Part shown: positions 57,689-64,000 of the stretch, one piece after another
Numbering within the stretch: position 1 is the first letter of the stretch
Layout of the letters: each line of letters begins with the position of its first letter
NCBI GenBank assembly: GCA_036677065.1
Contig: JAKFBS010000001.1
Span: 480,001 to 544,000, forward strand
Length of the DNA stretch: 64,000 bases
DNA from: Bdellovibrio sp.
GTDB lineage: Bacteria > Bdellovibrionota > Bdellovibrionia > Bdellovibrionales > Bdellovibrionaceae
Direction of reading: 5' to 3'
The notes under the pieces: model-generated
The model's input: the letters and a program-made list of their open reading frames with translations, nothing else
What the model was told of the DNA's origin: nothing
The model's database searches: none
Program-made: the position numbers and the translations under genes

Positions 57689-59305
57689 ATGGGAAACGCA
57701 GCTCACGGCAGTAATTATATAAATGCAGAAAAAGGTCTGATGTCATGGCTTACATCATTAGATCATAAACGAATTGGTATTCTTTATTTTGTAACAATAT
57801 TATTTTTCTTTTTAGTCGGCGGTACTTTCGCATTATTATTAAGACTTGAATTGTTTGCACCTAATGTGAATGCCGCAGGCCAAGCAGTAGCTGGCGCGAT
57901 TTTTAAAAACGGCGACACCTACAATCAGGCTTTAACTTATCACGGCGCAATCATGGTTTTCATGGTTATCGTTCCCGGAATTCCGGCGATTTTTGGTAAC
58001 TTCTTTTTGCCGTTACAAATTGGTGCAAAAGATGTGGCCTTCCCGAAATTAAACTTAGCTAGCTGGTACATGTTGATGATTGGCGCAACGATGGCCATTG
58101 CAACAATGTTTTTAAATAAAGTTGATACAGGATGGACGTTCTATACCCCTTATTCAATCCGCAGCAGTGGCTCAGTATCATTGATGGTGGCAGCGGTTTT
58201 CATTATGGGGATGTCTTCTGTATTCACTGGTTTGAATATGATTGCTACAATTCATAAATTACGTGCTCCAGGAATGACGTTTCATAGAATGCCATTGTTT
58301 TGCTGGGCGATTTATTCGACTTCAATTCTACAAGTTTTAGCGACTCCGATTTTAGCGATCACGTTGTTATTATTAGCGATGGAACGCGTTTTTGGGGTAG
58401 GTATCTTCGATCCTAAACTTGGTGGCGATCCGGTATTGTTCCAGCATTTCTTCTGGTTCTACTCGCATCCTGCAGTTTACATCATGATCTTACCAGCGAT
58501 GGGCGTTATTTCTGAGTTATTAACTACTTACTCGAAAAAAACGATCTTCGGTTATACAGCGATTGCTTATTCGTCATTAGGTATCGCTGGCGTTTCATTC
58601 TTCGTTTGGGGACATCATATGTATGTTTCTGGACAATCTGAACTAGCCGGTGTGATCTTCTCATTCTTAACAATGCTAGTAGGGGTTCCGACAGCGATTA
58701 AGATGTTCAACTGGCTTGCGACTCTTTACAAAGGTTCAATCGAATTCACAGCTTCAATGTTATACGCCATGGGATTCATGTTCTTATTCGTCATCGGTGG
58801 TGTGACTGGGATTATGTTGGCCGTATTACCAATCGATGTTCATTTCCATGATACTTATTTCGTAGTCGCGCATTTCCATTACGTAATGGTGGGCGGAACA
58901 TTAATGGCATTAATGGGAGCGATCTATCACTGGTTCCCGAAAATGTTCGGTAAGATGTACAACGAAGGAATGGCTCGCGCCTCTTTCGTATTTGTATTTA
59001 TCGGATTCAACGTAACATTCTTTCCACAATTTATTTTAGGTGGAATGGGTATGCCTCGTCGTTACTTCGATTACATCCCGGCTTACGAACAGTTAAATAA
59101 AATTTCTACTGTAGGTTCTTGGTTAATCGGTATCGGATTCATCATTGGTCTGATTTCAATTATTCAAGCTTTACGTTCAGGCGCAAAAGCTCCAGCTAAT
59201 CCTTGGGGTTCTAAAACGTTAGAATGGCACACTGAATCTCCACCAATCACACATAACTTTTCACATGAACCACACGTTACAGAGGGGCCATATGAGTACA
59301 AGTAA
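57689..59305 (+). CDS. coxA: Cytochrome c oxidase subunit I (A2 type)
   Basis: FFWFYSHPAVY (YS motif), WGHHM and HDTYFVVAHFHY. Confidence 0.98.
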   Translation: MGNAAHGSNYINAEKGLMSWLTSLDHKRIGILYFVTILFFFLVGGTFALLLRLELFAPNVNAAGQAVAGAIFKNGDTYNQALTYHGAIMVFMVIVPGIPAIFGNFFLPLQIGAKDVAFPKLNLASWYMLMIGATMAIATMFLNKVDTGWTFYTPYSIRSSGSVSLMVAAVFIMGMSSVFTGLNMIATIHKLRAPGMTFHRMPLFCWAIYSTSILQVLATPILAITLLLLAMERVFGVGIFDPKLGGDPVLFQHFFWFYSHPAVYIMILPAMGVISELLTTYSKKTIFGYTAIAYSSLGIAGVSFFVWGHHMYVSGQSELAGVIFSFLTMLVGVPTAIKMFNWLATLYKGSIEFTASMLYAMGFMFLFVIGGVTGIMLAVLPIDVHFHDTYFVVAHFHYVMVGGTLMALMGAIYHWFPKMFGKMYNEGMARASFVFVFIGFNVTFFPQFILGGMGMPRRYFDYIPAYEQLNKISTVGSWLIGIGFIIGLISIIQALRSGAKAPANPWGSKTLEWHTESPPITHNFSHEPHVTEGPYEYK

Positions 59306-59978
59306 GATGATTAATGGTGTTCCTGTTCAGGAGCACTTTAGAAACGCTCACCATCAGTTCGATACGGCGAAAATGGGGATCTGGTTATTCATGGTAACTG
59401 AGATCTTGATGTTCGGTGGTTTATTCGTAGGCTATGCGATTTTTCACATGATGTATCCTGAGATGTTTTCTGAGGGCGCAAGTTTCTTAGATTGGAAATT
59501 AGGTTTCATTAATACGCTAGTACTTATCTTTTCATCGTTAACGATGGCTTTAGGTATTTATTACACTCAAATTAATCAAATCAAAAAAGCAGTCATCGCA
59601 TTAGTGATAACGATTGTTTGCGGTGCGATTTTCATGGTGATTAAGTATTTCGAATACACGCATAAATTTCACATGGGAATTTATCCTGGAAACCTATTAG
59701 ATTTAGCAAAACTAAATGAGCATTTAACAACCGTAGGATTGCCAACTATCAAAAGCACAAACCTTGGTATGTACTTTGGTTTTTACTTCTGTATGTCAGG
59801 TCTTCACGGTATCCACGTTATTTTAGGAATGGGTTTAATCTCTTGGTGTATCTTCCGTGCAGTTCGTGGTGATTTTAACCCGAATTATTACACGGCGATG
59901 GAAGGTGTTGGGATTTTCTGGCATATCGTCGATTTAGTTTGGATCTTTTTATTTCCGTTACTTTACTTGGTTGGTTAG
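59292..59978 (+). CDS. coxC: Cytochrome c oxidase subunit III
   Basis: WLFMVTEILMFGGLF, GLHGIHV and FWHIVDLVWIFLFPLLY. Confidence 0.96.
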   Translation: MSTSKMINGVPVQEHFRNAHHQFDTAKMGIWLFMVTEILMFGGLFVGYAIFHMMYPEMFSEGASFLDWKLGFINTLVLIFSSLTMALGIYYTQINQIKKAVIALVITIVCGAIFMVIKYFEYTHKFHMGIYPGNLLDLAKLNEHLTTVGLPTIKSTNLGMYFGFYFCMSGLHGIHVILGMGLISWCIFRAVRGDFNPNYYTAMEGVGIFWHIVDLVWIFLFPLLYLVG

Positions 59979-59987
59979 GAGAAAAAT

Positions 59988-60323
59988 ATGGGACATGGAC
60001 ACCACAAGGCAATTACTCCAGATGAACATCACATCACGCCGTTATCAGTATATTTAAAAGTAGCCGGAGCTTTATTTGCTCTGACATTTTTAACAGTTGG
60101 TGCGCATGCGATTCACCACGTATTAGGATCTGCAGCTCCACTAGTAGCTTTTGCTATTGCTGGTGTTAAAGCTTTCTTAGTTATGGCGTACTTCATGCAT
60201 TTGAAATATGAAAGCATTGAAAACAGAGTGGTATTTGCTTTAGGATTTATTTTTCTAATAGTGCTTTTCGTAATTTCGATCACTGATATTTTATCTCGTC
60301 AGTTAATACCAGGAGTTCTTTAA
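59988..60323 (+). CDS. coxD: Cytochrome c oxidase subunit IV
   Basis: Three TM helices and KAFLVMAYFMHLKYE. Confidence 0.9.
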   Translation: MGHGHHKAITPDEHHITPLSVYLKVAGALFALTFLTVGAHAIHHVLGSAAPLVAFAIAGVKAFLVMAYFMHLKYESIENRVVFALGFIFLIVLFVISITDILSRQLIPGVL

Positions 60324-60330
60324 AACTCCT

Positions 60331-61209
60331 GTGTTTAAAATATATTCCCAGCTTACAAAATTTGGAATAGTCATATTCGTACTTTTAGCCGGTTTAGCAG
60401 GATATGCGACCGGCTATTTTGTTGAAACTCCTTTTTCTTGGCCGCATCTTTTAACATTCGTTGGCGGGTTATATTTTTTAAGTTCAGGATCATTAGCACT
60501 TAACCAAGTGCAAGAAATCAAACTCGATCGCTTAATGCCAAGAACACAATCGCGGCCACTAGTTACGGGTGCATTAAAACCTGCAGCCGCTCTAATTATA
60601 TCAATCACTCTGATAATCCTTGGAATCGCCATGCTATTTTCATTAACAGCGATGGCTGGCTGGGTAGGGATTGTGTCGGTTGTGTTATACAACGGTTTAT
60701 ACACTTACATCTGGAAACCTAAATGGGTGTTTGGCGCGGTTCCTGGAGCAGTTCCTGGAGCTTTGCCAATTACGATTGGTTATGCCGCCTGTAATCCAGA
60801 TATTTTTACTTTAGATTCGCTGTATTTATTTTTAATTATGTTCTTATGGCAAATGCCACACTTCTGGTTATTGGCGATGAAATATAAAAAAGATTATAAG
60901 ATGGGTGGAATCCCGACTTTACCTGTAGCCCTAGGTGATCAAAAAACTTTATTTCACATTGGCTTATATACTTTTTGTTATGTCGGAGTCGCGATTGCTT
61001 CGCCATTTTTCTTACAAACCAGCTGGTTATACATTTTATTAATTTTTCCGTTCGCTTTTTTCTTAATGAAAGAATTCTTTCGTCTTTATCGCTCCAATGG
61101 CCAAGAACGCTGGTTCGCGTTTTTTATGTGGGTCAACTTTTCAATGCTGGTTTTCGTTTTTGTACCAGTTATTGATAAGTGGAGTTTTCTTTTCTTACAC
61201 CGCGTCTGA
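60331..61209 (+). CDS. cyoE: Protoheme IX farnesyltransferase (heme O synthase)
   Basis: DRLMPRTQSRPL, GAVPGALP and FLWQMPHF motifs. Confidence 0.94.
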   Translation: MFKIYSQLTKFGIVIFVLLAGLAGYATGYFVETPFSWPHLLTFVGGLYFLSSGSLALNQVQEIKLDRLMPRTQSRPLVTGALKPAAALIISITLIILGIAMLFSLTAMAGWVGIVSVVLYNGLYTYIWKPKWVFGAVPGAVPGALPITIGYAACNPDIFTLDSLYLFLIMFLWQMPHFWLLAMKYKKDYKMGGIPTLPVALGDQKTLFHIGLYTFCYVGVAIASPFFLQTSWLYILLIFPFAFFLMKEFFRLYRSNGQERWFAFFMWVNFSMLVFVFVPVIDKWSFLFLHRV

Positions 61210-61263
61210 TTTCTAGGAAACGATCACTTCTAAACCAGCTTGGCTAATGACGCATTATTATTT

Positions 61264-62091
61264 TTAAAGTTCTTTTAAAGTTTCAAGCACGAATTGGATT
61301 AAATTTTTTCTATCGCTGGTTTTAAATTTTGATTCGTGCGCGATAAGACATAAATCAAAATTCACCAGCTCTTGGCCAATCTGTTCTAAATTGTAAGCTT
61401 CAGCTATTGGACTTGGCAGTATGCCATAACAAGAATCTGCAAAAACACTAGCCGCAATCACTTCATAATTTTGTACCGGCACTAATTTATATTGGTGTGA
61501 CAGTTTTGAAATAATTTTTGGCGCTAGGTACATATCTGGATTGTACATCAGAAGCACATGATTCTTCTTTTTCTTATAAATAGCTACGTGTTCGGCTCTG
61601 ACCTTTTTAGGGATTAGATTTGGATTTTTAATGGGATTAATTACGAATCCTAAATCCAGATCCATGCGATTTACTTTTTGCGTGATTTCGGTCGAAGTAC
61701 CAAACACTGAGGTCAGTTCAAATTCAATATTCTGTTGATAAAGCGCAGGAGCGAGCACGGGTAAAACCGTGCGTGCGATGACAGGGTGATAACCGATAGT
61801 TAAACGTTGTTGCCAGATAGCTAATGATTTTGATTGGTTTTGGGTTTTTAGCCATTCATTTTCTAAATGTTCGGTCACTTCTTTAAGGTGAGCGCCTGAA
61901 GCCGTTAGCTTTAGCCCGCGCGAAGTTCTTTCAAAGAGTTTAGCTTTTTGCCCGTGTTCTAATTGCAGAATGATTTTTGACATGGCTGATTGACCCAGAC
62001 CGTGGATTTCTGCCGCTTTGCTGAGGTTTAAAGTCGCGCAGCAGGTTTTAAAGTACTGGTATTCTTTTTTAAATGGGGTTTCTTTTGTCAT
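61264..62091 (-). CDS. LysR family transcriptional regulator
   Basis: NLSKAAEIHGLGQSAMSKIILQLE...LFERTSRGLKLTASG. Confidence 0.92.
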   Translation of the reverse strand: MTKETPFKKEYQYFKTCCATLNLSKAAEIHGLGQSAMSKIILQLEHGQKAKLFERTSRGLKLTASGAHLKEVTEHLENEWLKTQNQSKSLAIWQQRLTIGYHPVIARTVLPVLAPALYQQNIEFELTSVFGTSTEITQKVNRMDLDLGFVINPIKNPNLIPKKVRAEHVAIYKKKKNHVLLMYNPDMYLAPKIISKLSHQYKLVPVQNYEVIAASVFADSCYGILPSPIAEAYNLEQIGQELVNFDLCLIAHESKFKTSDRKNLIQFVLETLKEL

Positions 62092-62104
62092 TCCTTATAA
62101 GAAT
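62090..62104. promoter_or_regulatory. LysR recognition box
   Basis: ATTC-N7-GAAT (T-N11-A dyad) overlapping the lysR start; a partial second box lies near 62112. Confidence 0.6.
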
Positions 62105-62186
62105 ACCACATATTCCAAATAGTAAATAACTAAATTAAAGCAGAAGTGCGATATGTAATTTAACCCAAGCGGGTAGGAGATTATTT

Positions 62187-62600
62187 ATGAAATTATTAAT
62201 CATGAGTTTAGTGTTAGTTATCAGTTCTTATTCAATAGCTGGGGTGTTGCCACTTCAGGCTCAGCAAAGCTTAGATGGCGTTGATACTGATATGGTGCTG
62301 GTGGATTCTAAAGGTATGTCACTGTACATCTTTACTCCTGACACACCAGATGTTTCTAACTGCAAAGGTAACTGTCTAAAGGCATGGCCAGCGGCTAGTT
62401 TGACACCAGAAGAAGTTGAAAAAGTAAAAGCTTCAAAAACTTTTGGTGTTATTACCAGAGACGACGGTACCAAGCAGCTCACTCTGGATCGTCGCCCATT
62501 ATACTATTATGTTGGCGATGAAAATCCTGGTGATCGCGTAGGTCAAGGCATCGGTGGCGTGTGGTTTTTATTAAAAGCTAGCTTTTCTTTAAAGGAGTGA
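62187..62600 (+). CDS. Secreted COG4315 (Yx(FWY)xxD repeat) protein
   Basis: GMSLYIFTPD, SNCKGNCLKAWP, RDDGTKQ, PLYYYVGD and GQGIGGVW motifs. Confidence 0.85.
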   Translation: MKLLIMSLVLVISSYSIAGVLPLQAQQSLDGVDTDMVLVDSKGMSLYIFTPDTPDVSNCKGNCLKAWPAASLTPEEVEKVKASKTFGVITRDDGTKQLTLDRRPLYYYVGDENPGDRVGQGIGGVWFLLKASFSLKE

Positions 62601-62962
62601 TGATGAAAAACATTTTATTATTAGTAACAGTGTTTACTCTTTTTTCTTGTGATTATAGCCGCACCAGCGGTGGTATCGATGAAGCGTTACCACAAACAGG
62701 TTTAACTGATCCTAAGCCAGGTGAAGAGCCAGCAGTTCGTTTTGCTGATGTTCGCACAGCCGTGCTTGAAAGTTCGTGTGCCGGCTGTCACCAAAATAGA
62801 GGGTTAGATTTAAGTTTTGCTGATTACGCAAATACTAAAACTTTTGCTGCTAAAATTTTTGTGCGTGTTTTTGAAGATCGCGACATGCCACCGAAGAAAA
62901 AGCTAACTGCTTTACAAGAACAAGTTTTAAGATCTTGGTTAGATAACGGTTCACCGGAATAA
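62600..62962 (+). CDS. Monoheme c-type cytochrome lipoprotein
   Basis: Lipobox LFSC, CAGCH and MPP...WLDNG. Confidence 0.8.
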   Translation: MMKNILLLVTVFTLFSCDYSRTSGGIDEALPQTGLTDPKPGEEPAVRFADVRTAVLESSCAGCHQNRGLDLSFADYANTKTFAAKIFVRVFEDRDMPPKKKLTALQEQVLRSWLDNGSPE

Positions 62963-62983
62963 ATTTTGCTTTATGGGGTTAAA

Positions 62984-63018
62984 ACGATCTGCAAATCAAA
63001 ATATGGAATGCAGATCGT
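62984..63018. repeat. 10-bp perfect inverted repeat with 15-nt spacer
   Basis: ACGATCTGCA...TGCAGATCGT, flanked by the direct repeat GGGGTTAA (62975, 63025). Confidence 0.6.
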
Positions 63019-63054
63019 CTATTCGGGGTTAATCACCCCACCAAGGAGCCCCAG

Positions 63055-63978
63055 ATGAAACCGGCGTGGATACTTTTATTCTCATTACTGTTTATGTTCT
63101 CCTGCCAAAAAGAAAAAGCAGAAACCATGACACCTATCCCGGCGCCGCCGCCCGCACAGGATAAAAATGACGTTTGTGAAAAAATCAAATTAAGCGAAAA
63201 TTATATTGAATCTGCCGGTATCATCGGTGGCAGCCGAGTCTTAGCGACAGACGCTGATTCTAAATCTACAGCTATGATTATTGCGACCGAAAAAAGCACG
63301 GGCAATTCATTTGTTTGTACAGCCACGCCAATCACTTCACGCACCTTGATCACTGCAGCCCATTGTTTAGATCGTGCAGCTAAAGTCACAGCCGTTTTTT
63401 ATGCCGACCTTACATGTGCCAGTGGTTTTAGATTTAGCCGCGATACAATTCGTGCCACAGATTTCAAATATCATCCGGACTACAATCCCAACACCATGAA
63501 TAGTGGTAATCCCGATATTGGTTTAGTGCATTTGGCTTCAGAGATTAAGCCAGGTTATCCTATCTATGAAATTAATCATGCGCCTGAAACTTTAAATTCA
63601 GAATTACTTTTATATGGGTACGGAATTACCGGTTCAAACAATACTGATAGTACGGTATTGCGCAAAGTGACTCTGGCGCGGGCCGAATATAGTTTTGAAC
63701 TTAGCTCAATTGTTATTGAAAATAATGGTGTGCGCGGAATATGTCTTGGTGACTCTGGTGGGCCAGGGCTTGTGCGTGTCGCAGACAAATTGCAAATTGC
63801 CAGCGTAAATTCATTTGGCTACGGCCCACGCAATGATGTGTGCGGCGGGCGCAGCAGTTTGATATTGATTCATCCGTTTATGCCATGGATTCATGAAACA
63901 TTAAATAAATGGGGCGAAGCTTTATTGCAAGTGCCCCAGGTTCCAGCGCTACCGCCAGGGCCGCCAGCAGTTAATTAG
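63055..63978 (+). CDS. Trypsin-like (S1) serine protease lipoprotein
   Basis: Lipobox MFSC; IIGG, TAAHC, DIGLV and CLGDSGGP motifs. Confidence 0.93.
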   Translation: MKPAWILLFSLLFMFSCQKEKAETMTPIPAPPPAQDKNDVCEKIKLSENYIESAGIIGGSRVLATDADSKSTAMIIATEKSTGNSFVCTATPITSRTLITAAHCLDRAAKVTAVFYADLTCASGFRFSRDTIRATDFKYHPDYNPNTMNSGNPDIGLVHLASEIKPGYPIYEINHAPETLNSELLLYGYGITGSNNTDSTVLRKVTLARAEYSFELSSIVIENNGVRGICLGDSGGPGLVRVADKLQIASVNSFGYGPRNDVCGGRSSLILIHPFMPWIHETLNKWGEALLQVPQVPALPPGPPAVN

Positions 63979-64000
63979 TGCGCAACTCAGCCGGCGTATC

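Noticed and set aside
799..63788. Many 60-140 aa ORFs in the six-frame track antisense or internal to long genes (e.g. 16004..16420, 37485..37877, 53551..53898)
   Set aside because: They are shadows of well-supported genes, with no motifs or clear RBS.
1..64000. CRISPR arrays, rRNA/tRNA genes, IS elements, retrons/DGRs, anti-phage defence genes
   Set aside because: None recognised by eye. Intergenic gaps are short and no reverse transcriptase, transposase or nuclease motifs were seen. tRNAscan-SE, Infernal and DefenseFinder would be needed to exclude them formally.

Overview
A gene-dense, AT-rich bacterial chromosomal segment. Gene content points to a predatory Bdellovibrionota (Bdellovibrio/Pseudobdellovibrio-like) organism; this is an inference. 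The supporting genes are an S74-chaperone mosaic adhesive fibre, a secreted PHB depolymerase, trypsin-like and other lipoproteins, a STAS-CheX chemotaxis cluster and an A2-type caa3 oxidase. Recognisable blocks are: RNA-modification and stress genes; a LysR-controlled operon encoding cytochrome P450, a class I terpene-synthase-like protein, an FAD monooxygenase and glutathione S-transferase(s); a full chemotaxis locus with a CheR-REC fusion; a two-component cluster with a pseudo-HisKA membrane protein; alpha-2-macroglobulin/pbpC; a GcvH-like protein lacking its lipoyl lysine; a 1870-aa fibre adhesin; secA; and a cytochrome c oxidase operon. The LysR/P450/terpene-synthase-like operon is the best candidate for an undescribed system. 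The non-coding DNA shows a recurring GTCTCA-N3-TGAGAC-type palindrome upstream of three surface-protein genes, several sigma54-type -24/-12 sites and LysR boxes. I saw no rRNA, tRNA, CRISPR array, transposase, integrase or prophage. All calls come from motif reading by eye; no database searches were run.
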